NCBI GenBank assembly: GCA_002104945.1
Contig: MCFH01000028.1
Span: forward strand, 496,001-560,000
Direction: 5' to 3'
DNA from: Piromyces finnis finn
Taxonomy: Eukaryota; Fungi; Neocallimastigomycota
Length of the DNA stretch: 64,000 nt
Of the stretch, positions 14,125 to 25,400 are shown piece by piece. Position 1 is the stretch's first letter. Every line of letters begins with the position of its first letter. The notes under the pieces were generated by a model that ran no database searches, had not been told where the DNA came from, and was given only the letters and a program-made list of their open reading frames with translations. Position numbers and translations under genes: made by a program.

Positions 14125-15780
14125 ATGAATAAAAAAAACATTCTATGTTTATTATTTTCAGTTTTTCCATTGGTCAAATCTATATCTACTGATTCAAATG
14201 AAATTCTGACAAATCAATTTAACAATAATAATGACATACTAAATTATCAAGCAGAAAATGAAGACAAAGCTGGATTTAAAGACTTTACTAATTATTTATA
14301 TAAGGATGATTTTATAGAAGAATCAAAAGAAAATGAAAACAAACCTTTCGATAGTCATAGACCAGGACATCGTCACAGAAATGAACTCGAAAATTGCTCT
14401 TGTATTTGTAAAAATGTATCAAAGGAAAAAGATGAAGAGCCTGAAAATAAAGGTTCCCATTCTGGTGAAGAAGAAATTACATCTGAAATTGAAAACTTAG
14501 ATGAAACTGAAAATTCATTAGAAGAAGACACTTCCTCTCCAATCCCATCTGATAATGACAAAAAAGATGAAATCAATGACGATAATGACAGTAGTGATAA
14601 GGAAGTAGAAAAAGATGATTTCACTATAAAGCATTGTACTTGTAAATGTAGTAATAAGTTAAGAGGTCCTCCACATCGTGGACATGGCAAATTTTCCTCG
14701 CATTGTCCACATGGACATCATAAACATCCAAATTATCCATCTCCACCAAAAGAAGATGATGATAATTGGAAAGATCATGATAATCACTCACCACCACTTC
14801 ATCATGGATGTAGAAAAAAACATCCCTACCCACCACCACCTCATCATGGATGTAGAAAAGAACATCCCTATCCACCATCACATCATGGACGTAAAAAAGG
14901 ACATCATTATCCACCACCATCGTTCGAAGATGGTGATAATAATGAAGATCATGAAAAATTTCCACGCCCACCATTTGAAGACGATAATGATGATAATAAG
15001 GATTATAATGAATTTCCACCACCACCACCACCACCATTTAAAGATGGTGATGAATTTCCATCACCTTCTTTTTCACATCATAAATGTAAAAAGGGTCGTC
15101 ATTTCTCACCACCAATAAATGACAGACCACCACATTATGGATGGAAGAAAGGAAGAAGAGGCCATAGATTTTCACCACCATCTCATGAAAATCCACATCA
15201 TAGATGGAGAAAAGGAAGAAGAGGACATCATTATCCACATCCACCACCATCCTTTGGACCCCATCGTGATTTTGGATATTCCTATGGAAATTATCCACCA
15301 CCACCACATTTTAGACCACGTCATGAATTTGAATGTTCCTATGGAAATTATCCACCACCACCACATTTTAGACCACATCACGAATTTGGATGTCCTTTTG
15401 TTAATTACCCACCACCATCCTTTGGATCACATCATGAATTTGAATGCCCACATGGTAAATATCCACCACCAGGTCGTCATTACTATTGGGAAGAAAATAG
15501 AAACCAATTCGATTTTCCACCCCCTCCACCATTAGAGCCTCATTATTCAGATAATTGGAGTGAAGAATATGATGCTTATGCATCACCATTTTATAGTTCA
15601 CCACACCATTTTAGTTATTATCCAGACCAAGAATTGAGTAAGGAACAACATGATTATCTTTTCCCAAAAGATAAGGAGAATGTATTATTTTCATCTAATA
15701 ATGAAGATAATAATGAAAACTCATCTTCAATTTTTCACAAAAAAGGAAAAAAATATAAAAAAGGTGGAAGAAAAAGATGA
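14125..15780 (+). CDS. Putative secreted His/Pro-rich repeat protein, 551 aa, intronless
   Basis: N-terminal signal-peptide-like segment (MNKKNILCLLFSVFPLVKS); acidic region bracketed by CSCIC and CTCKC; HHGC and YGNYPPPPHFRP.HEF repeats; basic C-terminus. Confidence 0.8.
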   Translation: MNKKNILCLLFSVFPLVKSISTDSNEILTNQFNNNNDILNYQAENEDKAGFKDFTNYLYKDDFIEESKENENKPFDSHRPGHRHRNELENCSCICKNVSKEKDEEPENKGSHSGEEEITSEIENLDETENSLEEDTSSPIPSDNDKKDEINDDNDSSDKEVEKDDFTIKHCTCKCSNKLRGPPHRGHGKFSSHCPHGHHKHPNYPSPPKEDDDNWKDHDNHSPPLHHGCRKKHPYPPPPHHGCRKEHPYPPSHHGRKKGHHYPPPSFEDGDNNEDHEKFPRPPFEDDNDDNKDYNEFPPPPPPPFKDGDEFPSPSFSHHKCKKGRHFSPPINDRPPHYGWKKGRRGHRFSPPSHENPHHRWRKGRRGHHYPHPPPSFGPHRDFGYSYGNYPPPPHFRPRHEFECSYGNYPPPPHFRPHHEFGCPFVNYPPPSFGSHHEFECPHGKYPPPGRHYYWEENRNQFDFPPPPPLEPHYSDNWSEEYDAYASPFYSSPHHFSYYPDQELSKEQHDYLFPKDKENVLFSSNNEDNNENSSSIFHKKGKKYKKGGRKR

Positions 15781-17220
15781 TAATTCGAGTATAAAAATGC
15801 ATAAAAAATAATAATAATTAAAAAAAAGAAAGAAAGAAAGAAAAATAAATTGTATCTATTATAATTTCATTATATGTTATAATGTTATGTATTGAACATG
15901 ATTATAATAAAATAGTATTAATATGAATAAGATGAATAAGCATTTTTTTTTAAAAAAAAAATAAAAAATCCTTTTTTCTTAGTTGTAAAATATATTTTTA
16001 CTATTTTTTAAAGTTATACAAGGAAATTTATTTTATTACATTACATTATAATTACAAGTTTAGTGTAATTAGTATTGAAGTTTCCAGAAATAAGTTTTTC
16101 TATTCAATAATCTTTAGAATTGATTATACCCTTTATATATATTATATTATATCATAGCTAGTTTTTATACTTAATTTTTTTTTCGAAGATGAAGAAATAA
16201 CAACCATAATTAATAATGAAAAATAAGAAAAATTTAGAATCGAATTGAAAATGCCACAAATATACTCTAAATAAACTTATTTTTCCTAATTAAATATTTT
16301 AATATTAAGATAAGTTTAAAATATGGCTACTGAAAGAGAAAACTCTATGTAAGGATGGTTTTTCAGATAAAAATGTTTTTTTTTTTTTTTTTTTTTTTTG
16401 TATCCTATAAATATAAACGATCCATTATTATTATTACTACTATTACTATTATTATTATTAGTTTTTTCTTTATTATTTAAGTATTACTTGATATTATATT
16501 TATTATAAAAGTACACTTTTCAAAAGAAGCTTATTTTTTTATCATTTCCAACTTTTATTTTTTTTAATGATACATTACTTAAATAATTAAAATATATTAT
16601 TATTAATTAATAATATATATTAAATTATATTAATTTATTGTATCATACATATATTTTTATATAGAAACAAGTTAAATACAGTACATTTTAAATATATGCA
16701 ATATAAATGAAGTATTAAAAAAATTTTGATTTGATCAAATCAATAAAATAGAAAAAAAAAAGTAATACATATTATATATTACAATATATTGAATTATATA
16801 TGTTAATGCATTTTATATATTAAAAAAATAATTAATACTAATTAAGAAAGTAACAATATATTATTCATTGTACAGTAAACATTGTTCTTTATTTATATTA
16901 CACTATATATTAAAGTATATTGGTAATAATTATAAAGTTTTTTTTTATACAAAAAAAAAAGTATAAAAGAAAAGAAAAGAATCCAAATTTTGTATTCTTT
17001 GAAAAAGATTCTTTTTTTAATTAGAAAGAAGGGTAAAGGCTTATAAAATTAATTTTTTGACATAAAAATTATTTAAAAAAATAATAATAAAATAAAGCAA
17101 AAAAAAAAAGCATTAAGAAAAAAAATAAAAACTTTTTTTAGAAAAAATAAAAAATGACTATAAAATTTATTTTAGAAAAAAATAATTATAATTAATTATA
17201 TATGAAACTTAATAATGAAG

Positions 17221-17585
17221 CTACTTTCTTTTATATCTTGATCATGGAATGAAAATTTGTATTGGAAATTTCTACTTGAACTAAGCCATTATGAAAATAA
17301 ATTCTTTGAAGATATAATTTTTACAACACTATTATAAGGAAACTACCGATATGAAGTTCTTAAAAACTCATAATATGCCCTTTATCTTTTTCCTTCTTGA
17401 TAAATTAATTTTTATCGAGAATAGTTCCTGTAAGTGGTAAAAAAGGAAATCTTTATTAATAAGCTCCCTATGTTCTTTAATGATTAATTATTGGAATACA
17501 ACTATTGGCTCCTAAAAATGGAAAGAAACAAGATTGACCTATATGAAGAAAAGGAAACTTGTGGATTATATGTGAAATTTTTTTA
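17221..17585 (+). pseudogene. Possible decayed coding fragment
   Basis: Locally higher GC; one frame reads protein-like (SWNENLYWKFLLELSHYENKFFEDIIF...LLEYNYWLLKMERNKIDLYEEKETCGLYVKF) but has many stops. Identity unknown. Confidence 0.3.
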
Positions 17586-18424
17586 ATAGAAATTTTCATA
17601 TTGTTTTCTAAAAAGCAATAGTTTAAAAAAATTTTATTGAATTTATTTTATTTTTTTAAAAGAAAATTAAAAAAAAAAAAAGAAAGTTATTCCCTCTTTC
17701 TTTTTTTATTAAAAATTATTATATATAGTTTTATAAATGCGTATTATATTTAAAATCTCTGTTGATCCTTCCCAAAAAATCAATGCAATTAAAACAAAAA
17801 AATACAAAAAAATGTTTTATTATTTTTTTCTTAAACAAAAATTTTCTTTTTTTTAGATAACGATCGTGTTAAAAAATAATTTTATTATGATATTTTTATA
17901 AAAAGTTAACTAAAAAAAATATTTATTCTCGCAAAATTTTTTTATTTTTATTCAAAATTACAAAATATCTCTTTTTAATGATCATAATGAAAATACATAA
18001 TTATATGCTCTTGATATAGTTATTGTGTTTGAATTTTTAAAAATCCCTCAAATAAAGTTATATATAAAAATATATATATATTGTGTATTGTAAGTTGAGT
18101 GTAGTAGATATATATATTTATTTTATTATTACTTTTGATTAATATTTAAATTTTGTGATATAAAGAGTTTTAATTATTTTTAAGAATAAATATATATAAT
18201 GTTACATTTTTTTATTAATTTGTGTTTTATTATAAGATAGCTAAAAAAGCTACCTTTATTTTACAGTTTAAAGTTATAAAATTCAATAGGAAAATATATC
18301 AAAGATCTTGTTATATATTATTTTTATCTTATATTTATAGGCTGAAAAAAACCGTGCTTTTTTTAACTCTTCATATAACAAAACTCTATAGATTAATTGA
18401 AAAACGATCCTACTATTACTAAAT

Positions 18425-18804
18425 TAAAATTTAAATTATGAGCATCATTATCTGAAATGTTATTACCAGAAGAATTATTATTTGTAGTATTCTTAAAATT
18501 ATTATTTGAAGGAATTAACGCTTTGTAAAATTCAATCGGAATACCATCCAAGCCTGATGCTTTATAATTAGGAGTAGAGAGAATAGCTGACTTGACTTTA
18601 TCAATACTAATATCTTGTTTGATATCCTATTCATCATTCATCAAGCATAGGAAGTGGAAAATGCTTATTCGTTTGTTCTTTATATCAACGATCTAAATCA
18701 AGACTTGCACCACTTGGATGCAAAATTTTCGAAATGGTCATGCCACACCTCTAGTTGTTCTTCCGTAGCAAAAACTAAATTTCCACTTATTACTAGAACT
18801 ATCA

Positions 18805-18808
<4 letters not shown>
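18425..18808 (-). mobile_element. Decayed non-LTR retrotransposon fragment A (region just before and at the start of the RT domain)
   Basis: LEVWHDHFENFA and KVKSAILSTPNYKASGLDGIPIEFYKAL match the typical LINE W..HF and K(A/S)PGPDG.P.EFYK motifs; stops and a frameshift present. Confidence 0.85.
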
Positions 18809-18835
<27 letters not shown>

Positions 18836-19830
18836 GACTAGGAAGCTAGGAAGAGAATACACTTCTTGTATTTATTTATTTAATTTGAAATATTATATAA
18901 TATTAGGTGATAATACATATTAATATAATAAATAATAAATAATAAATAATAAATATATGAATATATGAATATATGAAATAAATATAAAATAAAATAATTA
19001 TTAAAGTTGCATAAAGTTTAATGAACTCTATAATTTGTACCCGTGTGGGATTGGTCCCTATCTAATATATTAAAATGGAATAAAAAAGAGAAATAACATC
19101 AAGTATGATAGTGTGATGTCCACTAAACTCTCCCATGAGCTCATAATGTTTTCATTCGAAGAAATGCTAACATTGAACTCTGTGTACGAAGCATAAGGAA
19201 TGTTCCTTTTCCATATACGTCGTCGCTCTTGATTACGTTAGGTGTCATACTAAACCTATCAAAAAGTAGCTTCATTGAGCTACTAATGATAGGGATTATT
19301 TTAGTAAGAAAAGCTGCGAGACTCTCTACATATGGAATATAAAACCCCAATAAACTATAAAGCTGCTCATTCGAATGTCTTTGTTCCGCCTTATTGATTT
19401 GTAGCTCATAAGCTAAGGTTCCACCAAGAAATAATTTAAAAATATAATTATAAATTTTTTTTCTTACTGCCATTCAGGAAGTAAGTGATGAATTAATTTT
19501 TGTAGTTATTATGAAAAAGGGTAAAAAGATGGTCAAAAAAGCTAAGTGAAGAAGTTCTATATTCAGAGAATGCAGAATATTCTAAAACTCAGTGATAAAA
19601 AGATTGTTCATCATATCCGCAATATGGGCACGAGGGCAGTCAGGAATAACTCTATTACTGGTAATAGCAACTCTGGTAGTGTTTTCATAACCGAGTCGAA
19701 TATAAATAATCCAAGTAATTCCTAAAATTAAGTGAGGTTTGTCGAGACCGATATGCATTAGGCGATTTGAATTAAGAAATTTGTTGTTAGTATATCTGAG
19801 GGCTTTACTTCCATTATTTAGGCTAATATT
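18809..19830 (-). mobile_element. 5'-truncated LINE fragment B: ORF2 C-terminus, 3' UTR and poly(A) tail
   Basis: GITWIIYIRLG...CPYCGYDEQSFYH*VLEY (degenerate CCHC knuckle), IFKLFLGG, AAFLTKIIP. The T-run on + at 18809-18834 is a poly(A) tail on -. Confidence 0.8.
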
Positions 19831-20029
19831 ATCATTTAACTAAATAATTATTTTATTTTATTTTTTTTTTTAACAATATCAAATATTTTTAAACTTTATT
19901 AAAATTATAATACATGTTATAAAATAATAAAATTAAAAATAAAAATATAAATTAAAAAATATGTTAAAATAAACACAAATGAATAAAAATTGGGTATAAT
20001 TTATTCTAGTAATTTTAATTAAAGTAAGA

Positions 20030-21110
20030 AAGCCACTATTATACTAAAGTATATTAATTGTATTTGACTTCCAATGGGATGGGACACCAAGCCAAAGATC
20101 AAAATTTTGTCATGGGACAAAATTATGATCTCCATTGGTTGCGCTGGCCCTCCTGGCTTGTCTTACTGTTTCTTCAGCAATGACGCTCTTGGATGTTGCT
20201 TCAAACTTTTTGAACATTGACCATTGCTGGTCAATAGCAAAAGGCATGATTTTGGTTAGAAGTTCCGCTGTTACCGTCAAGAATGGTGCTCCTTCGTAAG
20301 TGCCCGATTGAATCTGACACTTGCAAAGTTCTTTCCATTCCCTTGAATTATACTTGATATTGTTAAAACTTCTTTCCCCCAAGAAGGAATTTAAATATTT
20401 TACTGCACACACTAGAATAATCATACACATTAATATTCACCAGATGATTAAAACCATTACTATTATTAACTAAATTACTATCTAAATTAGAATTATTATC
20501 TTCACTATTGCTATCATTACTAATATTATTACTATTATTATTATTACTATTTCTACTACTACTATTGTTATTATTATTATTATTATTGTTATTATTATTA
20601 TTGTTATTATTACTACTATTGTTACTATTACTATTAATATTAATTAATATTATTGCTATCACTACTGATATTAACATTTTTATTATTATTAATGGGACTG
20701 TTGTAATTACGTTGACAAAAAAAATTTAATAATTGGATTATGCAATTGTAGTGTTTAATACGGATATCTCTAAATGTTGGACAATCTAATAACCAATGCT
20801 TAATATTTTGAACTCCACTCTTGCAACATGGACAGTAGTTAGGACAAACTGGATCAACAAATTTAGCAGCTTTTGCAACTCTAGCATCAAACTTGTATCT
20901 GCTTCTTGCTTTCAATAGCTAGTAGAAACCATAGGCAGACTCTGGGTAATCCTAACATAATTTAATAAAATCTTTAGTTTCAATAAATTTATTAGCATCA
21001 TAATATTGCGCTTTGATTGAATTTCCTTTGAGATCTTTCCAATAAAAGTTTTTAACAGTTTTACTTAAAAAGAATAGGTTAATGTGGAATACCATCTTAA
21101 TTTACTAAAA
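20030..21110 (-). mobile_element. 5'-truncated LINE fragment C: ORF2 C-terminus with Asn-rich insertion
   Basis: GFY*LLKARSRY...CPCCKSGVQNIKHWLLDCPTF (CCHC knuckle), IFKFLLGG, AELLTKIMP; aligns with fragment B; frameshifts and TAG stops. Confidence 0.85.
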
Positions 21111-22428
21111 CACAAAAAAAAAAAAACATCATTTAATAATTTTTTTTTATATTTTTAAAAATAATTATTCTTTATTTATTTTATTTTTAATACTTTGAAT
21201 AGATAGTATGTAAATATATATGTATTTTTTTTTTAAAAAGAAAAAATCATTTCTATAAATATTATATTAAAAATTTTACTACTACTATTTTTTTTTTTTT
21301 TTTTAATATAAAATAAAAAAATTCTTTTCTTTTTTAAAAAAAAAAAAAGTTTTAAAATTGATATATATATATTTTTATGACAATTAAAATATTAAAATAA
21401 AATAATATAAAAAATGTATAACAAATTAATTAAAAAAAAAATAAAATTTATATATAAATATTTATATTAAAATATATTACAATAAATATTTTTTTTCTGT
21501 TTTATATGAATTATTGAATTATTATAAAAATGATATAAAAAATGTTTTAAAATTAAGAAAAAAAATTAATAAAAATCTTTTCTTCTTTCTTTTTTTTTTT
21601 TTTTTTTTTGAAAATGTTTTTTTTTTTGAAAATATTTTTTAAGGTAAAAAAAAAAAAAAAAGCAATTTAAATGTTACTTTTTTTTTTTTTTTTTTTTTAT
21701 TAATTTAATTTTGAATGATAAATTATATGTTTTGTTTTATGTTTTCTCTATTGTGATGGAACTTTTGTTTTGTGTTTTTTATGTGGATTTGTATAATTGA
21801 ATGATATATGAATTTATTATTATTTTAATTATTTTCTCTTAATGATATTACTTATATGCAAACAATTATTGTCATTCTATAATGAATAAATAGTTTTGTC
21901 AATTTCTATTCTTTTACATAACAAATATGATCTGTTATTTTTGGTGAAATAATAATTAAATGGACTTTCTTTAATTTGTTACTATTTGATTCAATTTTGT
22001 GTTATGTTAGTTTTCAACTTTTCTGGCTTTGATTTTAGTTTTAAATTTTTGGTTTTGTTTTTTGGTTTTGTTTTTGGTTTTGTTTTTTGATTACTGATTT
22101 ATTTTTAAATTATCTTTTAATTAAAATAATATAAAAATTGAACTTTAAAAATAATTCTTAATTTTTCTTGACCCAATATTCTATTTTTCTCTATATAAAG
22201 TTTGGATTATGATTGATTGGTTTTTTTAATAAGTTATATAACGAGTTTTTATTATTGATTGTTATTGTTGTTGCTTTAAATAATTTATTATGGTATACGA
22301 AATTTTTTATATAATATAAAATAATATTATATAATAATTTTTTTGGTATGGTTTTTTTATGGATTTATAATTCTTGATAAGATAAATATCTTATCAAAAA
22401 ATATAAATTTAGAATAAATTTAACAAAT

Positions 22429-25400
22429 TTATTCAGCCATAGCCATAGCGCAAGAGAAACCACCAGAATGAGAAATAGTTACTTTTACACTATTAATTCC
22501 AGCTTCTTTAACAGCCTTTTCAGCATCTCCATGGAATTCAACAACTGGAGCACCGGATTCACCTGGTAAAATTTCAATATCTACTAATGGTGCGGCTTCA
22601 CCTTTAGTCCAAACCTTAGAAGTGGAACGAGAAGAAACAGCCTTGATAACAGCTTCCTTAGCGGACCATCTACCAGCAAAGCTAGATTGTGGGTCTGGTC
22701 TACTCATACAGTATTCAATTTCCTTTGGAGTAAAGTTTCTTTCAAGGAAATTTTGATTGGAAATTGGAATTTCAGTTACTAATTCAACATCAACACCAAT
22801 ACCATTACTATCTTCCTTGATACCTTGAGCATTCTTAAAAGTAGATGATTGAAGAATGTTCTTAATCTTCTTAGCTTCCTTTTCAGTAATATCATTCATT
22901 GCTTCACGCTTTCCATTGAACTTCCAGGTACCTTCCTTCTTATCATATGAAGCTCTAGCTAATGGATCTAAGTAAACACTAGATTCAGAAGCATCATCAT
23001 ATGGTGGATGATCCTTAACTTGAACAAAGTCAGCGTTTTCAGTCATTGAATCGTGAAGATATCTATACATAGCTTGTTGACGAACTTCTCTCTTCTTAAG
23101 ATAAACATCGTATTCTTCTTTAGTTAAAGTACCTAAGACATAATCTGGGGAAATAACTAAAACTTCACCACCAACTTGACCAAAACCGAAGGACTTCAAT
23201 AAACCAGCCTTGACACCATCAGTGTGAATAGAACGAGATGGGTAGAAGAGGTATTCGAACTTACGAAGCTTTTCATCAATATTATCAGCATTACGATTAC
23301 CTGGAATAATACCAGTTTCAATAACTTGAAGCATACCATTAAGCATCCAAGAAGCAGCAGCACCCTTTGGATGACCAGTTAAGTACTTTTGAGTAATAAC
23401 TGGGCAAGCATTACCCTTAGTACGTCCAAGGTGCTTGAATTGCTTGTTGAATACTTCAGATTCATTAGAATCGTTAGCCTTAGTACTAGTACCATGGAAG
23501 GATAAGGCTTGAATATCATCAATAGTTAAACCAAAGACAGCAAGAGCACCTCTTAATGGAGAGATAGTTGGATCATTCTTGTAGAATTCATTACCATAGG
23601 TACGAAGAGCTTCCTTTTCAAGACGCTTAGCTTCTTTGTTAATGTATGCAGTTCTTTCTTTAACATACTTGGTGAATTGTTCATCATCCTTGTTTTCTCT
23701 AGTATCCATTTCTTCTTGTAATAACTCTAATTCATTTTCAATCCATAATTTAATTTGCTTACGACGGAACTTCATTTGGCGAGCACGGTACTTGAAGTCT
23801 AATAATGGATTGTAGGAAGCATGAGATTCACGAGCAGTAGTTAAAATACCTTGACCTGGAGCTGGAACAGAACGTCCTTCCTTATCAGTAGCAGTAGAGG
23901 TATGAGCAATAATACCATAGATTGGAACACCCATCTTAATAGCAAGACTAGCAGTCATTAAAATTTCATGACCAGCACCTTGAGCTTCCATGAAACCAGC
24001 TCTTGTAGTAGTAGCTGGACGAGACATTTCTGATGGATCACGACCATGAGCAAGTTCTTCCAAGGAATTACTTGTAGCCTTCATTTGAGCGAATTCGTAT
24101 GAACCTTCTTCTTGGAAGTCATCATAACCACCAACAATAACAATTTTAGCCTTACCACTTAAAATGGTTTCTAAACCAATTTCAACAGATTCGACAGCAG
24201 TAGCACAAGCACCAACTGGAGTCTTAATTGGACCAGAAGAAGAAAGTAATAATAAGTTAATCCAAGCTGGCATAGTGTTAATGAAACATTCTTGAAGAAT
24301 ATCACTTTGAACTGGTTTTTCAAATACACGATCAAAGTATTGCTTATGATTAGAGGTCATACCACCAACACCACCACCAGAACAGTTTCCGACTTCAGAG
24401 ACATGTACATATTCATAGAATTCATATGGATCAGTAATACCGGAACTAATTAAAGCTTCAACAGTAGCTACAATAACATAAAGGGTTATTGGATCAACTT
24501 GGTCAATAATACTCTTTGGAACACCATAAGTTTCTGGCTTCCAACCAGTTGGAATTTGAGCAGCAACAGTTCTATCGAATTGAAGAGCCTTTGGAATGTA
24601 AATGGAAGAACCCTTCTTAATCTTAACAGTCCATTGGCCAGATTCAGCATTTTCATAAATGTCAACACGATCACCATGCTTCTTCTTGAATTGTTCAGCT
24701 TCTTCCTTACTGCATTCAAATCCTGGTAAGTCATGATCAATAGCAACTTCTTGGTAGAAGACCTTGTTGTTTGGATCATAACCATTGAAGAGTTCTGGTT
24801 CAATGAAACGAATACCAGTGTGCTTTAAGATTCTTTCTTCATACTTAGCCTTAACTTCAAAGTCTTGAACTGGTTCACCAGTTTCAGAATCTACCCATCC
24901 GGAATAGAGTTTACCATCCTTAGTCTTCTTGTTCTTAGCATATTTAATCATACCCATAATCCAAGCCATTTCAATGCATCCTTCAAGAGAGAATTTACCA
25001 TAGGCTTCCATTTCCCAACGAGTACGAGAGTTACCATATGGACCTACTTCACCATAACCAGTGACAACAACAGTACGATCTAAATCAATCATACCGCTAA
25101 GGTAATCTAACTTCTTTAATTCATCAAATGGTTTAACCTTTGGGAAAGTAAACTTTAAGTTAGCACGTGGCTTTAACATTAATTTCTTTTCCTTAGCCAT
25201 AAGCTTACCAAGAGTAATACTCTTTTCTAAGTCCTTTTCAGCCTTAATAGAACGTCTAATTTCTGAAGTTTCATTAAGGAGAGTACGAATCATAGTAATA
25301 TTGCTATTTAAATCATCAATGAATTGAAGACCACCATTAAGATCAGCAAAGACTGGACCCTTAAGACACATTTTACAAATATCATTATGCATTAAACCAA

